DNA of 64,000 nt from contig OZ024741.1 of the NCBI GenBank assembly GCA_964016885.1, positions 16,926,001 through 16,990,000 of the forward strand. Direction: 5' to 3'. Under the pieces are notes generated by a model. That model had not been told where the DNA came from. It saw nothing but the letters and a program-made list of their open reading frames with translations, and did not search any database. The first letter of the stretch is position 1. Each line of letters begins with the position of its first letter. Origin of the DNA: Eledone cirrhosa. Its lineage: Eukaryota. The position numbers were made by a program, and so were the translations under genes. Shown one piece after another: positions 1 to 15,000 of the stretch.

Positions 1-3000
1 CCAGTCCTTCCTAATTACCTGTCTATCCTTACTCCCAGTCCGCCCTAATTACCTGTCAATCCTTACTCCCTGTACTTCCTAATTACCTGTCTATCCTTAC
101 TCCCAGTCCTTCCTAATTACCTGTCCGTACTTACTCCCAGTCCTTCCTAATTACCTGTCCATCCTTACTCCCAGTCCTTCGTAATTAGCTGTCCATGCTT
201 ACTCTCAGTCCTTTCTAATTATCTGTCTATCCTTACTCCCAGTCCTTCCTAATTACCTGTCCATCCTTACTGACAGTCCTTCCTAATTAGCTGTCAATCT
301 TTACTCCCAGTCCTTCCTAATTACCTGTCCATCCTTACTCCCAGTCCGTCCTAATTACCTGTCCATCCTTAATCTCAGCCCTTCCTAATTACCTGTCTAT
401 CCTTACTCCCAGTCATTCCTAATTACTTGTCTATCCTTACTCCCAGTGCTTCCTAATTACCTGTCTATCCTTACTCCCAGTCCTTCCTAATTATCTGTCT
501 ATCCTTACTCCCAGTCCTTCCTAATTACCTGTCCATCATTACTCCCAGTCCTTCCTAATTACCTGTCTATCCTTACTCCCAGTCCTTCCTAATTACCTGT
601 CTATCCTTACTCCCAGTCCTTCCTAATTACCTGTCTATCCTTACTCCCAGTCCTTCCTAATTACCTGTCTATCCTTACTCCCAGTCCTTCCTAATTACCT
701 GTCTATCCTTACTCCCAGTCCTTCCTAATTACCTGTCAATCCTTACTCCCAGTCCTTCCTAATTACCTGTCCATCCTTACTCCCAGTCCTTCCTAATTAC
801 CTGTCTATCCTTACCCCAGTCCTTCCTAATTACCTGTCAATCCTTACTCCCTGTCCTTCCTAATTACCTGTCCATCCTTACCCCCAGCCCTTCCTAATTA
901 CCTGTATATCCTTACTCACAGTCCTTCCTAATTACCTGTCTATCTTTACTCCCAGTCCTTCCTAATTGCCTGTCTATCCTTACTCCCAGTCCTTCCTAAT
1001 TACCTGTCCATCGTTACTCCCAGTCCTTCCTAATTACCTGTCTATCCTTACTCCCAGTCCTTCCTAATTACCTGTCTATCTTTACTCCCACTCCTTCCTA
1101 ATTACCTGTCTATCCTTAATCCCAGTCCTTCCTAATTACCTATACATCCTTACTCCCAATCCTTCCTAATTACCTGTCTATCCTTACTCACAGTCCTTCC
1201 TAATTACCCGTCTATCCTTACTCCCAGTCCGTCCTAATTACCTGTCAATCCTTACTCCCTGTACTTCCTAATTACCTGTCTATCCTTACTCCCAGTCCTT
1301 CCTAATTACCTGTCCGTCCTTACTCCCAGTCCTTCCTAATTACCTGTCCATCCTTACTCCCAGTCCTTCGTAATTAGCTGTCCATCCTTACTCTCAGTCC
1401 TTCCTAATTATCTGTCTATCCTTACTCCCAGTTCTTCCTAATTACCTGTCCATCCTTACGGACAGTCCTTCCTAATTAGCTGTCAATCTTTACTCCCAGT
1501 CCTTCCTAATTACCTGTCCATCCTTACTCCCAGTCCGTCCTAATTACCTGTCAATCCTTACTCTCAGCCCTTCCTAATTACCTGTCTATCCTTACTGCCA
1601 GTCATTCCTAATTACTTGTCTATCCTTACACCCAGTGCTTCCATATTACCTGTCTATCCTTACTCCCAGTCCTTCCTAATTATCTGATTATCCTTACTCC
1701 CAGTCCTTCCTAATTACCTGTCCATCATTACTCCCAGTCCTTCCTAATTACCTGTCTATCCTTACTCCCAGTCCTTCCTAATTACCTGTCAATCCTTACT
1801 CCCAGTCCTTCCTAATTACCTGTTAATCCTTACTCCCAGTCCTTCTTAATTACCTGTCCATCCTTACTCCCAGTCCTTCCTAATTACCTGTTAATCCTTA
1901 CTCCCAGTCCTTCCTAATTACCTGTCTATCCTTACTCCCAGTCCTTCCTAATTATCTGTCCATCCTTACTGCCAGTCCTTCGTAATTACCTGTCTATCCT
2001 TACTCCCAGTCCTTCCTAATTACCTGTCCATCCTTACTCCCAGTCCTTCCTAATTACCTTTCTATCCTTATTCCCAGTCCTTCCTAATTACCTGTCAATC
2101 CTTACTCCCATTCCTTCCTAATTACCTGTCTATCCTTACTCCCAGTCCTTCCTAATTACTTGTCAATCTTTACTCCCAGTCCGTCCTAATTACCTGTCCA
2201 TTCTTACTCTCAGTCCTTCCTAATTACCTGTCTACCCTTACTCTCAGTCTTTCCTAATTACCTGTCTATCCTTACTCCCAGTCTTTCCTAATTACCTGTC
2301 AATCCTTACTCCCAGTCCTTCCTAATTACCTGTCCATCCTTACTCCCAGTCCTTCCTAATTACCTGTCTATCCCTACTCCCAGTCCTTCCTAATTACCTG
2401 TCCATCCTTACTCCCAGTCCTTCCTAATTACCTGTCAATCTTTACTCACAGTCCGTCCTAATTACCTGTCCATCCTTACTCTCAGTCCTTCCTAAGTACC
2501 TGTCTATCCTTACTCCCAGTCTTTCCTAATTACCTGTCAATTCTTACTCCCAGTCCTTCCTAATTTCCTGTCCATCCTTACTCTCAGTCCTTCCTAATTA
2601 CCTGTCTATCCTTACTCTCAGTCCTTCCTAATTACCTGTCTATCCTTACTCCCAGTCCTTCCTAATTACCTGTCAATCCTTACTCCCAGCCCTTCCTAAT
2701 TACCTGTATATCCTTACTCACAGTCCTTCCTAATTACCTGTCTATCTTTACTCCCAGTCCTTCCTAATTATCTGTCTATCCTTACTCCCAGTCCTTCCTA
2801 ATTACCTGTCCATCCTTACTGCCAGTCCTTCCTAATTAGCTGTCAATCTTTATTCCCAGTCCTTCCTAATTACCTGTCCATCCTTACTCCCAGTCCGTCC
2901 TAATTACCTGTCCATCCTTACTCTCAGCCCTTCCTAATTACCTGTCTATCCTTACTCCCAGTCATTCCTAATTACTTGTCTATCCTTACACCCAGTGCTT

Positions 3001-6000
3001 CCTAATTACCTGTCTATCCTTACTCCCAGTCCTTCTTAATTACCTGTCCATCCTTACTCCCAGTCCTTCCTAATTACCTGTTAATCCTTACTCCCAGTCC
3101 TTCCTAATTACCTGTCTATCCTTACTCCCAATCCTTCCTAATTACCTGTCCATCCTTACTCCCAGTCCTTCCTAATTACCTGTCAATCCTTACTCCCAGT
3201 CCTTCTTAATTACCTGTCCATCCATACTCCTAGTCCTTCCTAATTACCTGTCTATCATTACTCCCAGTCCTTCCTAATTACCTGTTAATCTTTACTCCCA
3301 GTCCTTCCTAATTACCTGTCCCCCCTAATTACCTGTCCATCCTTACTCCCAGTCCTTCCTAATTAACTGTCCATCCTTACTCCCAGTCCATCCTAATTAC
3401 CTGTCTATTCTTCCTCCCAGTCCTTCCTAATTACCTGTCAATCCTTACTCCCAGTCCTTCCTAATTACCTGTTAATCCTTACTCCCAGTCCTTCTTAATT
3501 ACCTGTCCATCCGTACTCCCAGTCCTTCCTAATTACCTGTTAATCCTTACTCCCAGTCCTTCCTAATTACCTGTCTATCCTTACTCCCAGTCCTTCCTAA
3601 TTACCTGTCCATCCTTACTCCCAGTCCTTCCTAATTACCTGTCTATCCTTATTCCCAGTCCTTCCTAATTACCTGTCAATCCTTACTCCCATTCCTTCCT
3701 AATTACCTGTCTATCCTTACTCCCAGTCCTTCCTAATTACCTGTCCATTCTTACTCTCAGTCCTTCCTAATTACCTGTCCATCCTTACTCCCAGTCCTTC
3801 TTAATTACCTGTCTATCCTTACTCCCAGTCCTTCCTAATTACCTGTCAATCCTTACTCCCAGTCCTTCCTAATTACCTGTCTATTCTTACTCCCAGTCCT
3901 CCCTAATTACCTGTCCGTTCTTACTCTCAGTCCTTCCTAATTACCTGTCCATCCTTACTCCCAGTCCTTCCTAATTACCTGTCCGTCCTTACTCCCAGTC
4001 CTTCCTAATTACCTGTCCATCCTTACTCCCAGTCCTTCCTAATTAGCTGTCCATCCTTACTCCCAGTCCTTCCTAATTACCTGTCTATCCTGACTCCCAG
4101 TCCTTCCTAATTACCTGTCCATCCTTACGCCCAGTCCTTCCTAATTACCTGTCAATCTTTACTCCCAGTCCGTCCTAATTACCTGTCCATCCTTACTCTC
4201 AGTCCTTCCTAATTACCTGTCTATCCTTACTCTCAGTCCTTCCTAATTACCTGTCTATCCTTACTCACAGTCCTTCCTAATTACCTGTCAATCCTTACTC
4301 CCAGTCCTTCCTAATTACCTGTCCATCCTTACTCTCAGTCCTTCCTAATTACCTGTCTATCCTTATTCCCAGTCCTTCCTAATTACCTGTCCATCCTTAC
4401 TCCCAGTCCTTCTTAATTACCTGTCTATCCATACTCCCAGTCCTTCCTAATTACCTGTCTATCCTGACTCCCAGTCCTTCCTAATTACCTGTCAATCCTT
4501 ACTCCCAGTCCTTCCTAATTACTTGTCTATCCTTACACACAGTGCTTCCTAATTACCTGTCCATCCTTACTCCCAGTCCTTCCTAATTACCTGTCTATCC
4601 TTACTCCCAGTCCTTCCTAATTACCTGTCTATCCTGACTCCCAGTCCTTCCTAATTACCTGTCAATCCTTACTCCCAGTCCTTCCTAATTGCCTGTCTAT
4701 CCTTACTCCCAGTCCTTCCTAATTACCTGTCTATCCTTACTCCCAGTCATTCCTAATTACCTGTCTATCCTTACTCCCAGTCCTTCCTAATTACCTGTCT
4801 ATCTTTACTCCCAGTCCTTCCTAATTACCTGTCTATCCTTACTCCCAGTCCTTCCTAATTACCTGTCCATCCTTACTCCCAGTCCTTCCTAATTACCTGT
4901 CCATCCTTACTCCCAGTCCTTCGTAATAAGCTGTCCATCCTTACTCTCAGTCCTTCCTAATTATCTGTCTATCCTTACTCCCAGTCCTTCCTAATTACCT
5001 GTCCATCCTTACTGACAGTCCTTCCTAATTAGCTGTCAATCTTTACTCCCAGTCCTTCCTAATTACCTGTCCATCCTTACTCCCAGTCCGTCCTAATTAC
5101 CTGTCAATCCTTACTCTCAGCCCTTCCTAATTACCTGTCTATCCTTACTGCCAGTCATTCCTAATTACTTGTCTATCCTTACACCCAGTGCCTCCTAATT
5201 ACCTGTCTATCCTTACTCCCAGTCCTTCCTAATTATCTGTCTATCCTTACTCCCAGTCCTTCCTAATTACCTGTCCATCATTACTCCCAGTCCTTCCTAA
5301 TTACCTGTCTATTCTTACTCCCAGTCCTTCCTAATTACCTGTCCATCCTTACTCCCAGTCCTTCCTAATTAACTGTCCATCCTTACTCCCAGTCCTTCCT
5401 AATTACCTGTCTATCCTTCCTCCCAGTCCTTCCTAATTACCTGTCAATCCTTACTCCCAGTCCTTCCTAATTACCTGTTAATCCTTACTCCCAGTCCTTC
5501 TTAATTACCTGTCCATCCTTACTCCCAGTCCTTCCTAATTACCTGTTAATCCTTACTCCCAGTCCTTCCTAATTACCTGTCTATCCTTACTCCCAGTCCT
5601 TCCTAATTACCTGTCCATCCTTACTCCCAGTCCTTCCTAATTACCTGTCTATCCTTACTCCCAGTCCTTCCTAATTACCTGTCCATCCTTACTCCCAGTC
5701 CTTCTTAATTACCTGTCTATCCTTACTCCCAGTCCTTCCTAATTACCTGTCAATCCTTACTCCCAGTACTTTCTAATTACCTGTCTATTCTTACTCCCAG
5801 TCCTCCCTAATTACCTGTCCGTCCTTACTCTCAGTCCTTCCTAATTACCTGTCCATCCTTACTCCCAGTCCTTCCTAATTACCTGTCCATCCTTACTCCC
5901 AGTCCTTCCTAATTAGCTGTCCATCCTTACTCCCAGTCCTTCCTAATTACCTGTCCATCCTTACTCCCAGTCCTTCCTAATTACCTGTCAATCTTTACTC

Positions 6001-9000
6001 CCAGTCCGTCCTAATTACCTGTCCATCCTTACTCTCAGTCCTTCCTAATTACCTGTCTATCCTTACTCCCAGTCTTTCCTAATTACCTGTCAATCCTTAC
6101 TCCCAGTCCTTCCTAATTTCCTGTCCATCCTTACTCTCAGTCCTTCCTAATTACCTGTCTATCCTTACTCTCAGTCCTTCCTAATTACCTGTCTATCCTT
6201 ACTCCCAGTCCCTCCTAATTACCTGTCAATCCTTACTCCCAGTCCTTCTTAATTACCTGTCTATCCTTACTCCCAGTCGTTCCTAATTTCCTGTCCATCC
6301 TTACTCCCAGTCCTTCCTAATTACCTGTCTATCCTTACCCCAGTCCTTCCTAATTACCTGTCAATCCTTACTCCCAGTCCTTTCTAATTACCTGTCCATC
6401 CTTACTCCCAGCCCTTCCTAATTACCTGTATATCCTTACTCACAGTCCTTCCTAATTACCTGTCTATCTTTACTCTCAGTCCTTCCTAATTGCCTGTCTA
6501 TCCTTACTCCCAGTCCTTCCTAATTACCTGTCCATCCTTACACCCAGTCCTTCCTACTTAACTGTCTATCCTTAGTCCGAGTCCTTCCTAATTACCTGTC
6601 TATCTTTACTCCCAGTCCTTCCTAATTACCTGTATATCCTTAATCCCAGTCCTTCCTAATTACCTATCCATCCTTACCTCCAATCCTTCCTAATTACCTG
6701 TCTATCCTTACTCCCAGTTCTTCCTAATTACCTGTCTATCCTTACTCCCAGTCCGTCCTAATTACCTGTCAATCCTTACTCCCTGTACTTCCTAATTACC
6801 TGTCTATCCTTACTCCCAGTCCTTCCTAATTACCTGTCCGTCCTTACTCCCAGTCCTTCCTAATTTCCTGTCCATCCTTACTCCCAGTCCTTCGTAATTA
6901 GCTGTCCATCCTTACTCCCAGTCCTTCCTTATTATCTGTCTATCCTTACTCCCAGTCCTTCCTAATTACCTGTCCATCCTTACTGCCAGTCCTTCCTAAT
7001 TAGCTGTCAATCTTTACTCCCAGTCCTTCCTAATTACCTGTCCATGCTTACTCCCAGTCCGTCCTAATTACCTGTCAATCCTTACTCCCAGTCCTTTCTA
7101 ATTACCTGTCTATTCTTACTCCCAGTCCTCCCTAATTACCTGTCCGTCCTTACTCTCAGTCCTTCCTAATTACCTGTCCATCCTTACTCCCAGACCTTCC
7201 TAATTACCTGTCCATCCTTACTCCCAGTCCTTCCTAATTAGCTGTCCATCCTTACTCCCAGTCCTTCCTAATTACCTGTCAATCTTTACTCCCAGTCCGT
7301 CCTAATTACCTGTCCATCCTTACTCTCAGTCCTTCCTAATTACCTGTCTATCCTTACTCCCAGTCTTTCCTAATTACCTGTCAATCCTTACTCCCAGTCC
7401 TTCCTAATTTCCTGTCCATCCTTACTCTCAGTCCTTCCTAATTACCTGTCTATCCTTACTCTCAGTCCTTCCTAATTACCTGTCTATCCTTACTCCCAGT
7501 CCTTCCTAATTACCTGTCAATCCTTACTCCCAGTCCTTCTTAATTACCTGTCTATCCTTACTCCCATCGTTCCTAATTTCCTGTCCATCCTTACTCCCAG
7601 TCCTTCCTAATTACCTGTCCATCCTTACTCACAGTCCTTCCTAATTACCTGTCTATCCTTACGCAAGTCATTCCTAATTACCTGTCAATCCTTACTCCCA
7701 GTCCTTCCTAATTACCTGTCCATCCTTACTCCCAGCCCTTCCTAATTACCTGTATATCCTTACTCACAGTCCTTCCTAATTACCTGTCTATCTTTACTCC
7801 CAGTCTTTCCTAATTGCCTGTCTATCCTTACTCCCAGTCCTTCCTAATTACCTGTCCATCCTTACTCCCAGTCCTTCCTACTTACCTGTCTATCCTTAAT
7901 CCCAGTCCTTCCTAATTACCTGTCTATCTTTACTCCCAGTCCTTCCTAATTACCTGTCTATCCTTAATCCCAGTCCTTCCTAATTACCTATCCATCCTTA
8001 CCTCCAATCCTTCCTAATTACCTGTCTATCCTTACTCCCAGTCCTTTCTAATTACCTGTCTATCCTTACTCCCAGTCCGTCCTAATTACCTGTCAATCCT
8101 TACTCCCTGTACTTCCTAATTACCTGTCTATCCTTACTCCCAGTCCTTCCTAATTACCTGTCCGTCCTTACTCCCAGTCCTTCCTAATTACCTGTCCATC
8201 CTTACTCCCAGTCCTTCGTAATTAGCTGTCCATCCTTACTCCCAGTCCTTCCTAATTATCTGTCTATCCTTACTCCCAGTCCTTCCTAATTACCTGTCCA
8301 TCCTTACTGCCAGTCCTACCTAATTAGCTGTCAATCTTTACTCCCAGTCCTTCCTAATTACCTGTCCATCCTTACTCATAGTCCGTCCTAATTACCTGTC
8401 CATCCTTACTCTCAGCCCTTCCTAATTACCTGTCTATCCTTACTCCCAGTCATTCCTAATTACTTGTCTATCCTTACACCCAGTGCTTCCTAATTACCTG
8501 TCTATCCTTACTCCCAGTCCTTCTTAATTACCTGTCCATCCTTACTCCCAGTCCTTCCTAATTACCTGTCTATCCTTACTCCCAGTCCTTCCTAATTACC
8601 TGTCCATCCTTACTCCCTGTCCTTCCTAATTACCTGTCAATCCTTACTCCCAGTCCTTCTTAATTACCTGTCCATCCATACTCCCAGTCCTTCCTAATTA
8701 CCTGTCTATCATTACTCCCAGTCCTTCCTAATTACCTGTTAATCTTTACTCCCAGTCCTTCTTAATTACCTGTCCATCCTTACTCCCAGTCCTTCCTAAT
8801 TACCTGTCCCCCCTTACTCCCAGTCCTTCCTAATTACCTGTCCATCCTTACTCCCAGTCCTTCCTAATTAACTGTCCATCCTTACTCCCACTCCTTCCTA
8901 ATTACCTGTCTATCCTTCCTCCCAGTCCTTCCTAATTACCTGTCAATCCTTACTCCCAGTCCTTCCTAATTACCTGTCTATCCTTACTCCCAGTCCTTCC

Positions 9001-12000
9001 TAATTACCTGTCCATCCTTACTCCCAGTCCTTCCTAATTACCTGTCTATCCTTATTCCCAGTCCTTCCTAATTACCTGTCAATCCTTACTCCCATTCCTT
9101 CCTAATTACCTGTCTATCCTTACTCCCAGTCCTTCCTAATTACCTGTCCATTCTTACTCTCAGTCCTTCCTAATTACCTGTCCATCCTTACTCCCAGTCC
9201 TTCTTAATTACCTGTCTATCCTTACTCCCAGTCCTTCCTAATTACCTGTCAATCCTTACTCCCAGTCCTTCCTAATTACCTGTCTATTCTTACTCCCTGT
9301 CCTCCCTAATTACCTGTCCGTTCTTACTCTCAGTCCTTCCTAATTACCTGTCCATCCTTACTCCCAGTCCTTCCTAATTACCTGTCCGTCCTTACTCCCA
9401 GTCCTTCCTAATTACCTGTCCATCCTTACTCCCAGTCCTTCCTAATTAGCTGTCCATCCTTACTCCCAGTCCTTCCTAATTACCTGTCTATCCTGACTCC
9501 CAGTCCTTCCTAATTACCTGTCCATCCTTACGCCCAGTCCTTCCTAATTACCTGTCAATCTTTACTCCCAGTCCGTCCTAATTACCTGTCCATCCTTACT
9601 CTCAGTCCTTCCTAATTACCTGTCTATCCTTACTCTCAGTCCTTCCTAATTACCTGTCTATCCTTACTCACAGTCCTTCCTAATTACCTGTCCATCCTTA
9701 CTCCCAGTCCTTCTTAATTACCTGTCTATCCATACTCCCAGTCCTTCCTAATTACCTGTCTATCCTGACTCCCAGTCCTTCCTAATTACCTGTCAATCCT
9801 TACTCCCAGTCCTTCCTAATTACTTGTCTATCCTTACACACAGTGCTTCCTAATTACCTGTCCATCCTTACTCCCAGTCCTTCCTAATTACCTGTCTATC
9901 CTTACTCCCAGTCCTTCCTAATTACCTGTCTATCCTGACTCCCAGTCCTTCCTAATTACCTGTCAATCCTTACTCCCAGTCCTTCCTAATTGCCTGTCTA
10001 TCCTTACTCCCAGTCCTTCCTAATTACCTGTCTATCCTTACTCCCAGTCATTCCTAATTACCTGTCTATCCTTACTCCCAGTCCTTCCTAATTACCTGTC
10101 TATCTTTACTCCCAGTCCTTCCTAATTACCTGTCTATCCTTACTCCCAGTCCTTCCTAATTACCTGTCCATCCTTACTCCCAGTCCTTCCTAATTACCTG
10201 TCCATCTTTACTCCCAGTCCTTCGTAATAAGCTGTCCATCCTTACTCTCAGTCCTTCCTAATTATCTGTCTATCCTTACTCCCAGTCCTTCCTAATTACC
10301 TGTCCATCCTTACTGACAGTCCTTCCTAATTACCTGTCAATCTTTACTCCCAGTCCTTCCTAATTACCTGTCCATCCTTACTCCCAGTCCGTCCTAATTA
10401 CCTGTCAATCCTTACTCTCAGCCCTTCCTAATTACCTGTCTATCCTTACTGCCAGTCATTCCTAATTACTTGTCTATCCTTACACCCAGTGCCTCCTAAT
10501 TACCTGTCTATCCTTACTCCCAGTCCTTCCTAATTATCTGTCTATCCTTACTCCCAGTCCTTCCTAATTACCTGTCCATCATTACTCCCAGTCCTTCCTA
10601 ATTACCTGTCTATTCTTACTCCCAGTCCTTCCTAATTACCTGTCCATCCTTACTCCCAGTCCTTCCTAATTAACTGTCCATCCTTACTCCCAGTCCTTCC
10701 TAATTACCTGTCTATCCTTCCTCCCAGTCCTTCCTAATTACCTGTCAATCCTTACTCCCAGTCCTTCCTAATTACCTGTTAATCCTTACTCCCAGTCCTT
10801 CTTAATTACCTGTCCATCCTTACTCCCAGTCCTTCCTAATTACCTGTTAATCCTTACTCCCAGTCCTTCCTAATTACCTGTCTATCCTTACTCCCAGTCC
10901 TTCCTAATTACCTGTCCATCCTTACTCCCAGTCCTTCCTAATTACCTGTCTATCCTTACTCCCAGTCCTTCCTAATTACCTGTCCATCCTTACTCCCAGT
11001 CCTTCTTAATTACCTGTCTATCCTTACTCCCAGTCCTTCCTAATTACCTGTCAATCCTTACTCCCAGTACTTTCTAATTACCTGTCTATTCTTACTCCCA
11101 GTCCTCCCTAATTACCTGTCCGTCCTTACTCTCAGTCCTTCCTAATTACCTGTCCATCCTTACTCCCAGTCCTTCCTAATTACCTGTCCATCCTTACTCC
11201 CAGTCCTTCCTAATTAGCTGTCCATCCTTACTCCCAGTCCTTCCTAATTACCTGTCCATCCTTACTCCCAGTCCTTCCTAATTACCTGTCAATCTTTACT
11301 CCCAGTCCGTCCTAATTTCCTGTCCATCCTTACTCTCAGTCCTTCCTAATTACCTGTCTATCCTTACTCTCAGTCCTTCCTAATTACCTGTCTATCCTTA
11401 CTCCCAGTCCTTCCTAATTACCTGTCAATCCTTACTCCCAGTCCTTCTTAATTACCTGTCTATCCTTACTCCCATCGTTCCTAATTTCCTGTCCATCCTT
11501 ACTCCCAGTCCTTCCTAATTACCTGTCCATCCTTACTCACAGTCCTTCCTAATTACCTGTCTATCCTTACGCAAGTCATTCCTAATTACCTGTCAATCCT
11601 TACTCCCAGTCCTTCCTAATTACCTGTCCATCCTTACTCCCAGCCCTTCCTAATTACCTGTATATCCTTACTCACAGTCCTTCCTAATTACCTGTCTATC
11701 TTTACTCCCAGTCCTTCCTAATTGCCTGTCTATCCTTACTCCCAGTCCTTCCTAATTACCTGTCCATCCTTACTCCCAGTCCTTCCTACTTACCTGTCTA
11801 TCCTTAATCCCAGTCCTTCCTAATTACCAGTCTATCTTTACTCCCAGTCCTTCCTAATTACCTGTCTATCCTTAATCCCAGTCCTTCCTAATTACCTATC
11901 CATCCTTACCTCCAATCCTTCCTAATTACCTGTCTATCCTTACTCCCAGTCCTTTCTAATTACCTGTCTATCCTTACTCCCAGTCCGTCCTAATTACCTG

Positions 12001-15000
12001 TCAATCCTTACTCCCTGTACTTCCTAATTACCTGTCTATCCTTACTCCCAGTCCTTCCTAATTACCTGTCCGTCCTTACTCCCAGTCCTTCCTAATTACC
12101 TGTCCATCCTTACTCCCAGTCCTTCGTAATTAGCTGTCCATCCTTACTCCCAGTCCTTCCTAATTATCTGTCTATCCTTACTCCCAGTCCTTCCTAATTA
12201 CCTGTCCATCCTTACTGCCAGTCCTACCTAATTAGCTGTCAATCTTTACTCCCAGTCCTTCCTAATTACCTGTCAATCCTTACTCCCAGTCCTTCCTAAT
12301 TACCTGTCCATCCTTACTCTCAGTCCTTCCTAATTACCTGTCTATCCTTATTCCCAGTCCTTCCTAATTACCTGTCCATCCTTACTCCCAGTCCTTCTTA
12401 ATTACCTGTCTATCCATACTCCCAGTCCTTCCTAATTACCTGTCTATCCTGACTCCCAGTCCTTCCTAATTACCTGTCAATCCTTACTCCCAGTCCTTCC
12501 TAATTACTTGTCTATCCTTACACACAGTGCTTCCTAATTACCTGTCCATCCTTACTCCCAGTCCTTCCTAATTACCTGTCTATCCTTACTCCCAGTCCTT
12601 CCTAATTACCTGTCTATCCTGACTCCCAGTCCTTCCTAATTACCTGTCAATCCTTACTCCCAGTCCTTCCTAATTGCCTGTCTATCCTTACTCCCAGTCC
12701 TTCCTAATTACCTGTCTATCCTTACTCCCAGTCATTCCTAATTACCTGTCTATCCTTACTCCCAGTCCTTCCTAATTACCTGTCTATCTTTACTCCCAGT
12801 CCTTCCTAATTACCTGTCTATCCTTACTCCCAGTCCTTCCTAATTACCTGTCCATCCTTACTCCCAGTCCTTCCTAATTACCTGTCCATCCTTACTCCCA
12901 GTCCTTCGTAATAAGCTGTCCATCCTTACTCTCAGTCCTTCCTAATTATCTGTCTATCCTTACTCCCAGTCCTTCCTAATTACCTGTCCATCCTTACTGA
13001 CAGTCCTTCCTAATTACCTGTCAATCTTTACTCCCAGTCCTTCCTAATTACCTGTCCATCCTTACTCCCAGTCCGTCCTAATTACCTGTCAATCCTTACT
13101 CTCAGCCCTTCCTAATTACCTGTCTATCCTTACTGCCAGTCATTCCTAATTACTTGTCTATCCTTACACCCAGTGCCTCCTAATTACCTGTCTATCCTTA
13201 CTCCCAGTCCTTCCTAATTATCTGTCTATCCTTACTCCCAGTCCTTCCTAATTACCTGTCCATCATTACTCCCAGTCCTTCCTAATTACCTGTCTATTCT
13301 TACTCCCAGTCCTTCCTAATTACCTGTCCATCCTTACTCCCAGTCCTTCCTAATTAACTGTCCATCCTTACTCCCAGTCCTTCCTAATTACCTGTCTATC
13401 CTTCCTCCCAGTCCTTCCTAATTACCTGTCAATCCTTACTCCCAGTCCTTCCTAATTACCTGTTAATCCTTACTCCCAGTCCTTCTTAATTACCTGTCCA
13501 TCCTTACTCCCAGTCCTTCCTAATTACCTGTTAATCCTTACTCCCAGTCCTTCCTAATTACCTGTCTATCCTTACTCCCAGTCCTTCCTAATTACCTGTC
13601 CATCCTTACTCCCAGTCCTTCCTAATTACCTGTCTATCCTTACTCCCAGTCCTTCCTAATTACCTGTCCATCCTTACTCCCAGTCCTTCTTAATTACCTG
13701 TCTATCCTTACTCCCAGTCCTTCCTAATTACCTGTCTATCCTTACTCCCAGTCCTTCCTAATTACCTGTCAATCCTTACTCCCAGTCCTTCTTAATTACC
13801 TGTCTATCCTTACTCCCATCGTTCCTAATTTCCTGTCCATCCTTACTCCCAGTCCTTCCTAATTACCTGTCCATCCTTACTCACAGTCCTTCCTAATTAC
13901 CTGTCTATCCTTACGCAAGTCATTCCTAATTACCTGTCAATCCTTACTCCCAGTCCTTCCTAATTACCTGTCCATCCTTACTCCCAGCCCTTCCTAATTA
14001 CCTGTATATCCTTACTCACAGTCCTTCCTAATTACCTGTCTATCTTTACTCCCAGTCCTTCCTAATTGCCTGTCTATCCTTACTCCCAGTCCTTCCTAAT
14101 TACCTGTCCATCCTTACTCCCAGTCCTTCCTACTTACCTGTCTATCCTTAATCCCAGTCCTTCCTAATTACCTGTCTATCTTTACTCCCAGTCCTTCCTA
14201 ATTACCTGTCTATCCTTAATCCCAGTCCTTCCTAATTACCTATCCATCCTTACCTCCAATCCTTCCTAATTACCTGTCTATCCTTACTCCCAGTCCTTTC
14301 TAATTACCTGTCTATCCTTACTCCCAGTCCGTCCTAATTACCTGTCAATCCTTACTCCCTGTACTTCCTAATTACCTGTCTATCCTTACTCCCAGTCCTT
14401 CCTAATTACCTGTCCGTCCTTACTCCCAGTCCTTCCTAATTACCTGTCCATCCTTACTCCCAGTCCTTCGTAATTAGCTGTCCATCCTTACTCCCAGTCC
14501 TTCCTAATTATCTGTCTATCCTTACTCCCAGTCCTTCCTAATTACCTGTCCATCCTTACTGCCAGTCCTACCTAATTAGCTGTCAATCTTTACTCCCAGT
14601 CCTTCCTAATTACCTGTCCATCCTTACTCATAGTCCGTCCTAATTACCTGTCCATCCTTACTCTCAGCCCTTCCTAATTACCTGTCTATCCTTACTCCCA
14701 GTCATTCCTAATTACTTGTCTATCCTTACACCCAGTGCTTCCTAATTACCTGTCTATCCTTACTCCCAGTCCTTCTTAATTACCTGTCCATCCTTACTCC
14801 CAGTCCTTCCTAATTACCTGTCTATCCTTACTCCCAGTCCTTCCTAATTACCTGTCCATCCTTACTCCCTGTCCTTCCTAATTACCTGTCAATCCTTACT
14901 CCCAGTCCTTCTTAATTACCTGTCCATCCATACTCCCAGTCCTTCCTAATTACCTGTCTATCATTACTCCCAGTCCTTCCTAATTACCTGTTAATCTTTA